Shown: piece by piece, positions 10,706 to 21,595 of the stretch
Numbering within the stretch: position 1 is the stretch's first letter
Layout of the letters: every line of letters begins with the position of its first letter
From: an uncultured Bacillota bacterium
GTDB taxonomy: Bacteria; Sysuimicrobiota; Sysuimicrobiia; Sysuimicrobiales; Segetimicrobiaceae
Assembly: GCA_963787105.1 (NCBI GenBank)
Contig: CAWBBU010000018.1
Coordinates: forward strand, 64,082-128,081
Reading direction: 5' to 3'
Length of the DNA stretch: 64,000 bases
The notes under the pieces: generated by a model
What the model was told of the DNA's origin: nothing
Databases searched by the model: none
The model's input: the letters and a program-made list of their open reading frames with translations, nothing else
Position numbers and translations under genes: made by a program

Positions 10706-12340
10706 ATGACGTTTCTGATGACGCTGCTGGTCGTCTTCTTTGTGAGCATGATGCTCCTCGCGTTCCTCTTCATGAGCCAGAGCGGCGTCTGGTTTGCGGC
10801 CAACGACCGGAACAGCACGATCGCCCTGAACCTCGCGGAGGCCGGGGTCCAGGAAGCGCTCAACCGGATCCGCGTCTCCGGCGTCGGCGGCACGGGCGCG
10901 TTCACGAACAGTCTCGCGAGCAGCGCGGCGTCGCCGCACAGCACCGGCACCGTGTCGCTCGAGGCCGCGCTGGCGACGAACCCGACGATCGTGCCGATTC
11001 TCTCCGTGGCCGCGTACGGCGGCATGACGCGCGCGACGCGGGTCCTGGTCCAGGCGGCGTACCAGACCGGATTCGCGAACGCGGTGCAGGCCCCGCTGGT
11101 CGTGTTCCAGGGCGACGTCTCGGCGATGACGGGGGACGCGTACTCGCAGTCCAGCGTGACGTTTCAGAACTATCAAGACGTCCCCCGCACCGGCCTCGGG
11201 CGCGAGCGCGATGAACCTGATTTCCCCTCAGGTGATGGCCGGCAGCGACGTCACGACCCAGGGAAGCGGCCCGGGCGACTTTTTCTTCGAGTGCGCCAAC
11301 GATTCGACGACTGAAGTCGCGCCGACCCCGTGTCTGCGGCAAACGAACCTGCCGGTCAACTGGCATCCGGACACCCCGCAGGGAATGCCGTCCGCGGACT
11401 TCGCCGCCGTGATGCTGCAGTGGCAGGGCAGCAATGCGAACCTCCCGAGCGGCGTGCAGGTGGTGGAGGCCACGCAGAACGGCGCCGGCGTCACCTACAC
11501 GTCCGCGGGGACGTACACGCCGACCTATTGGACGGCCCTCACCGCCACGGCCGGACAGGTGATGCTGGTCGTGGATACGAGCGGCCCGTTCTGCGTCAAC
11601 GGGGCGAGCGTCACCGCGGGGGTCTGCGCCGGCCTCGGCACCGTCTACGGCAGCGTCTCTGGCGGCGGCGCGGTTGAGCGCTACCTCGACTGGGGTCTCG
11701 TCGCGGACGATCTCAGCCGGCCCGCGGCGACGACGTTCTTTCAGGCGCCCACCTGCGCGGCGTGCGATGCCGGCGGCCCGAACGGTCTTCAAAACGGCAT
11801 CCGCTACGTATCGCCGATCCCCGCCGTCGACGTGCTGGGCATCGCCTGCGGCAACAATCTCGCGCCGGGATTCAGCGCATTCTACAACGCGTCGGAAGAC
11901 GGGACGGCGTGTGCGACCCCCCCGACGCTCGTCGGCAGCGGCGCTTTCACCGGGACGCAGAACAACCCCGAGTTCCTCGTCATCGACGACGGCGCCCCAG
12001 GCGGCGCCGGGGTGACGATCACCGGCTCCGGCCGCGCGAGCGGATGCGGCGACAACTTTGCGTCCGCCAACTGGGGGGTGATCGTCGCGACGGGAGACGT
12101 GACCTTGAATAACTTCTCGTTCGACGGCGTCATCTACGCCCTCGGCAGCGTGTATAGCCAGGGCCATACCTACATTAAAGGCGGGGTCTTCTCCGCCACG
12201 CCCTGTCGACGACGCAGGTCGACCAGCTGGGCGGCACATTGACCTTCTGCGGCGGCGCATCCGTCGGCGTCCCCATGGCCGCGACGTTTTTCAATTTCAC
12301 GGCGATGTCGTGGGTGGACCGCCCCGCAGGGCAGCCCTGA
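10706..12340 (+). CDS. PilX-N-terminal-domain protein (large pilus-associated protein), two apparent frameshifts
   Basis: ATG 10706: MTFLMTLLVVFFVSMMLLAF...ALNLAEAGVQEALNRI (PilX_N-like). It continues in ORF 11211..12242 after a break at the C5 run 11182-11186. The tail ...LSTTQVDQLGGTLTFCGGASV...DRPAGQP ends at TGA 12338-12340, after a break near 12200. Confidence 0.6.
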
Positions 12341-12428
12341 CGCGCGCGTAAGGCAAGTGTCCGATCGCTAGCACGAAATCGCCGGTTCCCGGAGCAGGTA
12401 TCTCCCGTCAGGCAGCGAATTTGGCGTG

Positions 12429-12451
12429 GGATTGTCGACTGTTGACAATCC
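12429..12451. promoter_or_regulatory. Inverted repeat GGATTGTC-N7-GACAATCC, candidate GntR-family operator
   Basis: A perfect 8-bp inverted repeat read directly, 65 nt upstream of the GntR start. The GT..AC core arms fit the general GntR/FadR operator style. Confidence 0.35.
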
Positions 12452-12515
12452 TACCCACCGGCTCGGGCAGGCGCCATTCCCGTGTCAGCTCCGATCATCA
12501 GAGGATCACTCGCCT

Positions 12516-13208
12516 ATGGCATCCGTGCGATCCGTGGCACCGAAGCTGTTGTCCCGACGTTCGCTTGTCGACGGCGTGCGTGAATCGCTGATCGATGCGA
12601 TCCTCACGGGTCGGCTCGCCCCGGGCGACCGCGTCATCGAGGCCAACGTCGCGCGCGATCTCGGTGTCAGTCGGGGCCCCGTCCGGGAGGCGTTTCGGCA
12701 GCTCGCCGAGCAGGGACTGCTCGTTCTCGTGCCACACCGCGGGGCCGCGGTCGCCACGCTGACCGAGCGGGACGCCTACGAGATCTACAGCCTGCTCGTG
12801 TTTACCGAGCGGCTCGCGCTGCGGTTCATCAAGCGGCGGCTGTCCGACGCACCGCGGGACGGGCTGCGGCGGGCGCTCGATGCGATGCAGGAGGCGGCCG
12901 CGCGCGGCGACGCGTCCGCGGTCGCCCGGGCGGATCTGGCCTTCAACGACGCGCTGTACGAATGCGCGGGACACCGGCGGCTGCAGCAGTTGTGGACCGG
13001 GCTCAAGTACCAAAGCTTCCTGCTCGTGTGGAGCTACGCGAGCCGCGCGTACCCGTCGCTCACGGCCATCGTCGAGCACCACGCGAGAATCGTGAATTTG
13101 CTTGAGCACGCCCGCTGGGACGAGCTGCTGGGCTATCTTGAGGCGAACGCGGACCGGGTCGAGCTGCAGCTCTTGGACTTCTCGACCATCGCCACGACAC
13201 CCACGTAG
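12516..13208 (+). CDS. GntR-family (FadR/FCD subfamily) transcriptional regulator
   Basis: ATG 12516 within ORF 12426..13208. Winged helix-turn-helix (RVIEANVARDLGVSRGPVREAFRQLAEQGLLVLVPHRGAAV) followed by an all-helical FCD-like C-terminus. Confidence 0.85.
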   Translation: MASVRSVAPKLLSRRSLVDGVRESLIDAILTGRLAPGDRVIEANVARDLGVSRGPVREAFRQLAEQGLLVLVPHRGAAVATLTERDAYEIYSLLVFTERLALRFIKRRLSDAPRDGLRRALDAMQEAAARGDASAVARADLAFNDALYECAGHRRLQQLWTGLKYQSFLLVWSYASRAYPSLTAIVEHHARIVNLLEHARWDELLGYLEANADRVELQLLDFSTIATTPT

Positions 13209-13286
13209 CACCGCGGCGGCAGAGGACCGTCGACGCGCCGCACCGCCGCATCCGCGCGGGGCGAGTCACACACGCAGGGAGGGATC

Positions 13287-14720
13287 ATGCGAGACATCGC
13301 ACATCGAGCGCTGGCCGCGGCCGCCGGACGAGGAGTCGTCTACGCGTCCGTGCGCGTCACCGACGTAACGTACCGGCGGATGGCGCTGCGCAACACGGCG
13401 CCGGCCGAGCCGGTCGTGGACCATCAAGCCGGGCTGCTCGTCCAGATCCAGACCGAGACCGGACGGGGCTACGCGGCCACGACCCGGATGGATGCCGCGG
13501 GCATCGACCGCGCGGTCTCGGACGCCCTCACGCGCGCGGGGGAATTTCCGTTCACGGCGCCGGTGCCTGTCGGCGCGGGGCCGCGGGCGGCGTACGCGAC
13601 GCCGGTCGAGATCGATCCGTTCGCCGTCGACGCGGAGGACTACTACGCCGTCATGGAGCGCGGCGCACGGGCGGCGCTGCGGCATCCCGCGGTCCGCGTG
13701 GTCGAGCCGTTCATCACGGCGTCCCGGGTCACGAAGGTGTTCGTGGACACCCGCGGCAGCGAGATCGAACAGCGCCTGACGACCTGCGGCGGCGGCATCC
13801 GGGTGTTCGCCGAGCGGGACGGACTGGTGCAGCGCCGCTCGCACGGGATTCTGCAGGGGACCCACGGCCAGGCCGGGTTCGAGTTCGTCGCGCGGGACGA
13901 TCAGGAGGAGCGCGCCGACCGCCTGGCGCGGGAGGCCACGATGCTGCTCGACGCCCCACCGTGCCCCGATACGACCACCACGGTCATCCTGGGCACCGAG
14001 CATCTGGCGCTGCTGCTTGCATGAATCGTGCGGACACGCCTCCGAGTTCGACCGCGCCACCGGCGACGAGTTGACCTTCGCCGGCGGATCATTTCTCACG
14101 CCCGAGCGGCGCGGAGAGTTTCGCTACGGGTCCCCGCTCGTCACCATCGTGGCGGACGGGTCGACGCCCGGCGCGATGGGCACGTACGCGTACGATGACG
14201 AGGGATTTGCCGCCTCAAACGGTGCCGATCGTGTCACACGGCCGCTTCGAGAACTTCCTGACGTCCTACAGCACCGCGGCCTCCGCGGAGAACGGTCCCG
14301 GGCGGCGGATGCGCCCGGGGCGAAGCCTGGTGGGGCATTCCGCTGGTCCGGATGCCGAATCTCAGCCTCGAGCCGGGTGCTGTGCCGCTCGAGCAGCTGC
14401 TCGAGGACACCGACGACGGGATCGTCATGGAGACTCCCGCCACGTGGAGCATCGACGACCGGCGCATTAATTTTCATTTCTCGAGCGAACTGGCCTACGA
14501 GATCAAGCGCGGAAAGCGTGGACGGACGCTGCGGAACGCGTCGTACATGGGCGTGACGCCGCGTTTTTGGGGCGCCTGCGACGCGATCGCCGACAGCGCG
14601 TCGTGGACGATGTGGGGACTCGCGGCGTGCGGCAAGGGAGAGCCGATGCAGGCCATGCCGGTCGGCCACGGCGCCTCTCCCTCGCGGTTCCGGGACGTGC
14701 ACGTGGTGGGGGGCCGCTGA
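13287..14720 (+). pseudogene. tldD: TldD-family metalloprotease, about 3 frame changes
   Basis: ORFs 13287..14024, 14017..14556, 14195..14470 and 14352..14720 join into one TldD. They carry ...LALLL/HESCGHASE (metal site), YAYDDEG, TVPIVSHGRFENFLTS, and GIPLVRMPNLSLEPG...GIVMETP...ACGKGEP. Breaks are near 14022, 14215 and 14303. Confidence 0.8.
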
Positions 14721-16081
14721 TGCAACAGGACACTGTGGCCACGCACCTCCGCGCCGCGCTCGACCGGACAGCCGCGCAGTCGGCGATCGTCACGCTGCTC
14801 GACGAGGACTACAGCCTGACCCGATTTCGCCGCGGGACCGTGCATCAAAACCTCACGCGGCAGGGGCTGACGGCGTGCGTGCGCGTGATGGTGGACGGGC
14901 AGCTCGGCCAGGTCCTCGCGACCGTGCCCGGGCCAGAGGCGGTCGCCGGGCTGCTGGACGACGCCTGTGCGCTGGCCCGGACCGGCGGGCCGGCAGGACC
15001 CGACCGTCCGCTCGGTGCGATGGACGGCGATGACGTCACGATCGATCTCGCGGCGTCCCTCCCCACGGCGGCGGTCCGGCGAGACGCCATTGACGCGATC
15101 ATCGCGCACGCGCGCGGACGGGGGACCGTGGCGTCAGGCGCGTACGTGACGTACCGGACGCGCACGACCGTCGCGGTCTCGGGCGGACCGGTCCGCGAGA
15201 TGGTCACGGCCAGCAGCTATCTCCGGACGGTGATCGAATCCGAGCGCGCGTCGGGGTACGCCGAAGCACTCAGCCCGGATTTTCATGCCCTCGATCCGCA
15301 GGCGGTTGCCCGGGAGGCCGCGGACAAGGCGCTGGCGGCCGGGGCGCCGCGGACGCTCCCGCCCGGCGACTATGATGTGGTACTCGACTATGTCGCCGCG
15401 GCCGATTGGCTGCGATTCCTCGGAGTGTACGGCTTCAACGGTCAGGCGGCCGCGAGCGGGGCGAGCTTTCTCCGGGACGTGTGGGGCCGCCCGGCGGTAT
15501 CGCCGCTCGTCACGCTCTGGGATGACGCCACGGATCCCGAGACGCTGCGCCTCCCCTTCGATTTTGAGGGAACCCCGAAGCGCCGGACCCCGTTGGTGAC
15601 AGAGGGACGCGTCGAGGCCCCGGTCCACGACCTCACGACGGCCGCCGCGTCCGGGACCACGTCCACCGGGCACGCGAACTCACCGTTCGGCCTGCAGCTG
15701 CTGCCTGGACCCGCGCCGTTCCACTGGCACATGGCGCCGGGCGCGCGCAGCCGCCAAGCGATCATCGAGTCGACGCAGCGCGGCCTCTTGGTCACCCGCA
15801 TGAACTACACGGATCTGTCCGACCGGAGGGCCGGAATCCTGACCGGACCGACCCGCGATGGGACGCTGTGGATCGAGGACGGCGAGATCCGCGGTCCGGC
15901 CACCGACGTCCGCATCACGGACAGCCTGCTCGGGACGCTCGAGCGGGTGGCCGCGGTCGGCGATGCGCCGCGCCTAGTCTACGACTGGTGGAATCCCATG
16001 CACAGCTACAGCATGTGTTACCGCGTGCCCGTGGTGAAGATCGCCGCCTGCCACATCAGCGGCGCAAGCGCACTCGACTAG
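14720..16081 (+). CDS. pmbA: PmbA/TldE-family protein (TldD partner)
   Basis: ATG 14720 overlaps the tldD stop (TGATG). The 453-aa product has a PmbA_TldD-type C-terminus (GLLVTRMNYTD...GTLWIEDGEI...) and an intact frame. Confidence 0.75.
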   Translation: MQQDTVATHLRAALDRTAAQSAIVTLLDEDYSLTRFRRGTVHQNLTRQGLTACVRVMVDGQLGQVLATVPGPEAVAGLLDDACALARTGGPAGPDRPLGAMDGDDVTIDLAASLPTAAVRRDAIDAIIAHARGRGTVASGAYVTYRTRTTVAVSGGPVREMVTASSYLRTVIESERASGYAEALSPDFHALDPQAVAREAADKALAAGAPRTLPPGDYDVVLDYVAAADWLRFLGVYGFNGQAAASGASFLRDVWGRPAVSPLVTLWDDATDPETLRLPFDFEGTPKRRTPLVTEGRVEAPVHDLTTAAASGTTSTGHANSPFGLQLLPGPAPFHWHMAPGARSRQAIIESTQRGLLVTRMNYTDLSDRRAGILTGPTRDGTLWIEDGEIRGPATDVRITDSLLGTLERVAAVGDAPRLVYDWWNPMHSYSMCYRVPVVKIAACHISGASALD

Positions 16082-16098
16082 CCAAGGAGGATTCGCTC

Positions 16099-17646
16099 AT
16101 GATGCAACGGCTCTCAGTGATCTTGATCGGATTGCTCGTGGTCTCGAGCGTGGCTCTCGCGAACGTGCCGGTATCCCACGCCCAGGCCGGCGCCACCGTC
16201 GTCGTGGACCAGGGGACCGACACCGAAAGCATGGATCCCATGTTCACGCAGGCGCGGTTCAGCGACAACGTCATGCTCACGATGTTCGAGACGCTGGTCA
16301 CGCGGGACAGCTCGATGCACTACAGCCCGCTCTTGGCCGAGAGCTGGCGCATCCTGTCGCCCACGACGTGGCAGTTCAAGCTCCGTCAGGGCGTCCGCTT
16401 CCACGACGGCGAGCCGTTCAACGCCGCGGCCGTGAAGTACACGATCAGCCGGCTGTACGATCCGGCGGTCAAGGCCCCCAGCTTCCTCAAGGGGTTCGTC
16501 CAACTGGACCGCGTCGACGTGGTCAATGATTACACCGTGAACATCGTGACGAAGGCGCCCGCGCCGCTGATGCTCGAGTGGCTCGTGTACTTCTATATGA
16601 TGGCGCCGAAATACTACAGCGCCATCACGCTGCCCCAGGCGGCGCTGCGCCCCATCGGCACCGGTCCGTACGTGTTCAAGGAGTGGGTCCACGACGACCA
16701 CGTGACGGTGACCGCGAACCCGAACTACTGGGGCCCCAAGCCGTCGATCAGCACGATCATCTTCCGGCCGGTGCCCGAGGACGGGACCCGGATCGCCGAC
16801 CTCTTGTCCGGGAGCGCCGACATCATCGTCAACGTGCCGCCCGATCAGGCGAGCCGCATCAGCGCCTCGTCGATCGCCACCGTCAAGACCGTGGAGGGCG
16901 GACGCGACATCTTCATCGGCATGCGCACCGACCGGCCGATCCTCCGCGACGCGCGCGTCCGGCAGGCGATGAACTACGCGGTGGACGTGGACGCGATCAT
17001 CAAGTCGCTGCTGAACGGCACGGGACGCCGGATGGCGACCGTGGTGAACGCGTTCGCGAACCCGGCGGTCAAGCCGTACCCGTACGATCCGAACAAGGCG
17101 AAGGAGCTGCTCGGCGAGGCGGGGTGGACGCCGAAGAACGGCGTGCTGACGAACGCGCAGGGACAGCCGTTTGCGATCACCATGGACACGCCGGTGGGCC
17201 GCTACATCGCGGACAAAGAGGTCGCCCAGGCGGTGGCGTCCTACCTGCAGGCCGTGGGCGTCCAGATCACCGTGAACCCGCTGGCCTGGCCGATCTATTC
17301 CAAGAAGATGTTCGAGGACACCAACCCGGCCGATATGTTCCTCTTGGGACTGGGGTCCTCGTTTGACGGCCAAGACGAGATCCGCTATCTCCAGAAGGAC
17401 TTCGGCTACAACCCGACGTTCTGGAACAACGCCGACTTCGAGAAGACCTACGCGGCGCTGAACGCGACGGTCGATCCGAAGCAGCGGATGCAGGATCTCT
17501 ACACGCTGCAGCAGATCGCGCACGACGATCCGCCGATCATCTACCTGTACAAGCAGACCGACTACTACGGGGCGAACAAGCGCCTCAACTGGTCCCCGCG
17601 CGCCGACGAGTTGATCGTGCTGCAGAACGCGACGGTCAGCCGCTAG
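16099..17646 (+). CDS. ABC transporter substrate-binding protein, family 5 (peptide/nickel/opine type)
   Basis: ATG 16099 preceded by AAGGAGG (16084-16090). Signal peptide MMQRLSVILIGLLVVSSVALA. Family-5 blocks are present: TDTESMDP, W.FKLRQGVRFHDGEPFNA, ANPNYWG.KP. Confidence 0.85.
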   Translation: MMQRLSVILIGLLVVSSVALANVPVSHAQAGATVVVDQGTDTESMDPMFTQARFSDNVMLTMFETLVTRDSSMHYSPLLAESWRILSPTTWQFKLRQGVRFHDGEPFNAAAVKYTISRLYDPAVKAPSFLKGFVQLDRVDVVNDYTVNIVTKAPAPLMLEWLVYFYMMAPKYYSAITLPQAALRPIGTGPYVFKEWVHDDHVTVTANPNYWGPKPSISTIIFRPVPEDGTRIADLLSGSADIIVNVPPDQASRISASSIATVKTVEGGRDIFIGMRTDRPILRDARVRQAMNYAVDVDAIIKSLLNGTGRRMATVVNAFANPAVKPYPYDPNKAKELLGEAGWTPKNGVLTNAQGQPFAITMDTPVGRYIADKEVAQAVASYLQAVGVQITVNPLAWPIYSKKMFEDTNPADMFLLGLGSSFDGQDEIRYLQKDFGYNPTFWNNADFEKTYAALNATVDPKQRMQDLYTLQQIAHDDPPIIYLYKQTDYYGANKRLNWSPRADELIVLQNATVSR

Positions 17647-17705
17647 ACGGCGGGCGCCCCGCGGCCGGCGGGATCGGGGCCGCACATCACCGGAGGTGGA
17701 CGGAC

Positions 17706-18673
17706 ATGCTCGACGGGATCGGGAAGGCGGGGACGAAGACCTACGGGGCGTTCGAGTTCGCGCACCCGCTGCTGGCGGGGCGGTCGTGGCCCTATATCTC
17801 CATCCGGGGAGCCGAGGACGGGCCGACGCTGTCGGTCACGGGCGGCTCCCATGGGTCCGAGTACGCGGGCATCGCGGCCACGATGCGGTTCGCGGACGAG
17901 CTCGATCCCCGGAAGATCCGGGGGCACGTCCTCGTGATGCCGATCATCAACCAGCCGGCCTTTTGGGAGCGCGTGGGCGAGATATGTCCGGTCGACGGCA
18001 AAAACCCCAGCCAGGTCTACCCGGGCCGGATGGACGGCACGTTCACCGAGGTGATGGCGGCCTACCTCTTTGAAGAAGTGTTCGCGCACTGCGACGCGCT
18101 CGTGGATCTTCACGGGGGGGACCTGATGGGACGGCTCACCCCGTTCACCATCTACCAACCGGCCGATGACCCCGCGCTGACCCAGAAGTCGCGCGCGCTC
18201 GCGGCCAGTTATGGGTTTCCGGTGACCGTGCTGCGGAAGAGAGACGTGCTGAAGCGGCCGGTCCCCGGCTACGTCCATTCCGCGGGCGCCCTTCGCGGAA
18301 TCCCCGGCATCACCGCGGAGTGCGGGGGCGAAGACCAGGCGAAACCCGAGGACGTCGAGGCCCACGTCGAGGGGCTGCGGCGGGTGTGCGTCCATCTCGG
18401 CATCGCCCGCGGCACGCTGCCCCCCAACGATCCGCGCTGGTCGAGTTCGCGCTGGTGCTGGCATCGCAGGACGGAGTCTTCGCGCGGACCGCCGATATCC
18501 AGGCCCGCGTCCGTGCCGGCGACGTGATGGGGGCCCTGCGCGACCTGTGGGGCCGGCACGTCGAGGACATCGTGGCGCCGGTCGACGGCGAGGTGCTCTT
18601 CCTGAACACGAGCCTCGCCGCGCGCAAGGGACGCATCCTGTTCGGGCTCGGAGCACCGGTCGCGGCCACGTAG
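17706..18673 (+). CDS. Succinylglutamate desuccinylase/aspartoacylase (AstE/AspA, M14-related) family deacylase, one apparent frameshift
   Basis: LSVTGGSHGSEYAGI...VMPIINQPAF...NPSQVYPG...LVDLHGGD. The C-terminal beta domain continues in ORF 18320..18673 (LVEFALVLASQDGVF...VDGEVLFL). Break near 18433. Confidence 0.7.
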
Positions 18674-18676
18674 AGC

Positions 18677-19594
18677 GTGGGCGTCTTCGTCGCGCGGCGC
18701 CTCGTCGAAGCCGTCGTCGTTCTCTTCGGCGTCAGCTTCCTGTCGTTTGCGCTGCTCTTTCTCTCCGGCGATCCGACCTACTTGATGATCCCGGAAAACT
18801 ACTCGCGTCAGCAGATCGCCGAGTTTCGCCACCAAATGGGCTTCGACCGTCCGTGGTACGCGCAGTACGAGGATTTTCTGGCCCACGCCGTCCGCGGCGA
18901 CTTTGGGGTCTCGCTCCGCAGCCAGCTGCCGGCGCTCCCGCTCGTCATCGAGCGGATGCCCGCGACGATGGAGCTCGCGGTCACCGCGATGGCATTGTCG
19001 CTCGCGGTCGCGCTGCCGCTCGGCGTGGCGGCCGCCACGCATCATCGGACGCCGCTCGACACCGCGAGCATGGTCGGCGGACTGCTCGGCCAATCGACCC
19101 CCGGGTTCTGGCTCGGCCTCCTGCTGATCCTCGTGTTCGGGGTGGAGCTCCGGTGGCTCCCCGTGTCCGGCCGCGGCGGCGTGTCGCACCTCATCCTGCC
19201 GAGCGTCACCCTCGCGATGTATTCCATGGGGCGCAACGCCCGGGTCGTGCGCGCGTCGATGCTCGACGCGCTGGGCCACGACTTCGTCCGGACCGCCCGC
19301 GCGAAGGGCGTGACGCGGGGGGCCGTCCTGTACCGTCACGCGCTGCGCAACGCGCTCTTGCCGATCGTCACCCTGATTGGGATCGATTTCGGCGTGCTCC
19401 TGGGGGGCGCCATTATCACCGAGACGGTCTTTGCGTGGCCGGGCGTCGGGCGCTTGGTCGTGAACGCGATCTACGAGAAGGACTTTCCGATCGTCGAGGC
19501 CGCGGTGATCGTGATCGCGGCTGTATTTGTCCTGCTGAATCTCTGCGTGGATCTGGCCTACGGGTATCTGGATCCGCGCGTGCGGTACGGGTAG
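18677..19594 (+). CDS. ABC transporter permease (DppB/OppB-like)
   Basis: 305-aa ORF with multi-pass TM character and the binding-protein-dependent transport signature region (RTARAKGV....LYRHALRNALLPIVT). Confidence 0.85.
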   Translation: MGVFVARRLVEAVVVLFGVSFLSFALLFLSGDPTYLMIPENYSRQQIAEFRHQMGFDRPWYAQYEDFLAHAVRGDFGVSLRSQLPALPLVIERMPATMELAVTAMALSLAVALPLGVAAATHHRTPLDTASMVGGLLGQSTPGFWLGLLLILVFGVELRWLPVSGRGGVSHLILPSVTLAMYSMGRNARVVRASMLDALGHDFVRTARAKGVTRGAVLYRHALRNALLPIVTLIGIDFGVLLGGAIITETVFAWPGVGRLVVNAIYEKDFPIVEAAVIVIAAVFVLLNLCVDLAYGYLDPRVRYG

Positions 19595-19603
19595 CGGGCG
19601 CCG

Positions 19604-20437
19604 ATGGGAGGTCGCTTCAGGCAGTCGCCCGGCGCCATGGTCGGCCTCTGCCTCCTGCTTTTGATCGCGGGCATGGCCGCCGGCGCGTCATGGCTCGCAC
19701 CGGCATCGCCGACGGCGATTCACGTGCAGGACCGGCTCCTGCCGCCGCTGTCGGTGCAGGGGGGACTGCGGCACTGGCTCGGCACCGACTCGCTGGGGCG
19801 GGACGTGCTCAGCCGCTTTCTCGTCGGCGCGCGGATCTCGCTGTTTATCGGGCTCAGCGCGGTCGCGATCGGCGGCGTGCTCGGCACCGCGATCGGCCTC
19901 GTGAGCGGCTACTACGGGGGCTGGCTCGATCGCGTGATGATGCGGCTCGGGGACGTGCAGCTGGCGTTTCCGTTCATTCTGCTGGCGCTGGCCGTGATGG
20001 CGGTGCTCGGCCCGGGGCTCGCCAACATCATCGGCGTCTTGGGGGTGACCAGCTGGATCACGTACGCACGGGTGGTGCGGTCCGAGGTGCTGTCGGTCCG
20101 CGAGCGGGAGTTTGTGCAGGCGGCGCGCGCGCTCGGCGCGGCGACCCCGCGCATCCTCACGGTCCACGCGCTGCCGAACGTCATCGGCACGGTCGTCGTC
20201 GTCGCCACGTTCTCGGTCGCCGGGACGATCCTCTCGGAAGCGGGCCTCAGCTTCCTCGGACTGGGCGTCGGCGCGGGCACGCCGACCTGGGGGCAGATGC
20301 TCGCGGATGCGCGCGACTATCTCACGAACGCGTGGTGGCTGACGACCTTCCCGGGACTCGGCATCTTGGTGACCGTGCTGGGCGTGAACCTGATCGGCGA
20401 TTGGCTGCGCGACTACCTGGATCCGCGGCTTCGGTAA
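19604..20437 (+). CDS. ABC transporter permease (DppC/OppC-like)
   Basis: 277-aa ORF. GTDSLGRDVLSRFLVGARISL and EFVQAARALGA....IL..HALPNV are typical of DppC-type permeases. Confidence 0.85.
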   Translation: MGGRFRQSPGAMVGLCLLLLIAGMAAGASWLAPASPTAIHVQDRLLPPLSVQGGLRHWLGTDSLGRDVLSRFLVGARISLFIGLSAVAIGGVLGTAIGLVSGYYGGWLDRVMMRLGDVQLAFPFILLALAVMAVLGPGLANIIGVLGVTSWITYARVVRSEVLSVREREFVQAARALGAATPRILTVHALPNVIGTVVVVATFSVAGTILSEAGLSFLGLGVGAGTPTWGQMLADARDYLTNAWWLTTFPGLGILVTVLGVNLIGDWLRDYLDPRLR

Positions 20438-20455
20438 GCGCCGGACGCCCGCCGG

Positions 20456-21595
20456 CTACGCCCGGACGCCCTCGGTGACCGCCCGAAGAATCTCGGCGGC
20501 CCCCATCCCCTCTAACCCGAGCTGACGAATACCCCGGCCGGTGTTCCGAAAGTCCTCGCCCACCGCGGCCGACAACACGGTGATCACCGCATCCGTGCAC
20601 GGCGTCGGCACCCCGATGGCCGCCGCGACCGCCGCCATCGGCACCAGCCCATACGGCACGTCTTCGCGCACGTGGCGGTGCTGAAACGACCGGGCCCCTT
20701 TGGAATTCGCCAGCACCGGGGCCGTCGACAGCACTTCGTACAAATCATCGCCGCGCACCCCCTGGTCGGCGTAGTACCGGATCATCGACTCCGCGAGACT
20801 CAGCGCCGGCAGATCCAGCGCGCGCAGAATCGCGAGCCGCTCCGCGTCGACTGCGTCCATCAGGCGCGCAATCGACGGCGTCAACCCGCTGCGGAACAAG
20901 CCCCACTCGACGCCGCGCTCGGTCAGGCTCAGGTTCCCGGTGACGAGCACTGGGTGGACGATGATGTTCACGTTGTTGAGCCCCGTCTCTAACACGTTCC
21001 CGGCCGCCGAAAACTCCGGGTACACGGGGGCGAGGGCGGCGAGCATCTCCCCGGTCCGTTCGGCCGGAATCGCCGCCGCGGGAACCGCCCGTTTGATGCC
21101 GTTGATCCGGACATTCGCGGGAGCTTCAGCATCATCCGCCGGCATGCGATGAGCGGTATAGATCAGGTTCGCGCTCTCGCCGATCACCGGATCATAACGC
21201 GGCGCGATCCGCTGGGACGTGCTGTAGAACTCGAGCGCGCCGCCAAACGCTCCCGGGCTCATCAGCACCACATGATGATCGCGCAGGTGCGGGACGAGCG
21301 CCTGGGCGAAGCGCGCGTGGCCGTACGCCGGCACGATCACGAGCACGACCCGTACGCCGTCCAGCGCTTCCTCCACGTCGGTAGTCACCACCGACGGCCG
21401 ATACACGTTGTCGGACACGGCGCCGTAAATCCGGATGCCGTGCGCGCGGACAGGAGCGAGTTGAGGCGCGAATTCTGGAAGATCGTACAGCGCCACGGTG
21501 TGGCCGCGTTCGATCAAGTGGCCGGCGGTCGCCAGGCCGCCGGCGCCAGCGCCGAGAACGGCCACGCGGGATTCCATCGCGGCGCGATCAGGCAT
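20456..21595 (-). CDS. NAD(P)-dependent opine (octopine/nopaline) dehydrogenase family protein
   Basis: VAVLGAGAGGLATAGHLIERGHTVALYDL (Rossmann fold) plus NNVNIIVHPVL..GN......G....LFRSGLTP..ARLMDAVDAERLAIL (the opine-DH C-domain pattern). The start is ambiguous between ATG 21595 and 21577. Confidence 0.7.
   Translation of the reverse strand: MPDRAAMESRVAVLGAGAGGLATAGHLIERGHTVALYDLPEFAPQLAPVRAHGIRIYGAVSDNVYRPSVVTTDVEEALDGVRVVLVIVPAYGHARFAQALVPHLRDHHVVLMSPGAFGGALEFYSTSQRIAPRYDPVIGESANLIYTAHRMPADDAEAPANVRINGIKRAVPAAAIPAERTGEMLAALAPVYPEFSAAGNVLETGLNNVNIIVHPVLVTGNLSLTERGVEWGLFRSGLTPSIARLMDAVDAERLAILRALDLPALSLAESMIRYYADQGVRGDDLYEVLSTAPVLANSKGARSFQHRHVREDVPYGLVPMAAVAAAIGVPTPCTDAVITVLSAAVGEDFRNTGRGIRQLGLEGMGAAEILRAVTEGVRA

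Noticed and set aside
10902-12260. 452-aa minus-strand ORF
   Set aside because: Antisense shadow of the PilX-like gene. No motifs, extreme Arg/Gly content.
16114-17685. 523-aa minus-strand ORF
   Set aside because: Antisense to the signal-peptide-bearing family-5 binding protein, which has an RBS and family motifs.
18547-20478. 643-aa + strand ORF (and the minus-strand ORF 18269..19339)
   Set aside because: Out-of-frame or antisense overlaps of the two ABC permease genes. Arg/Pro/Gly-rich with no TM segments.
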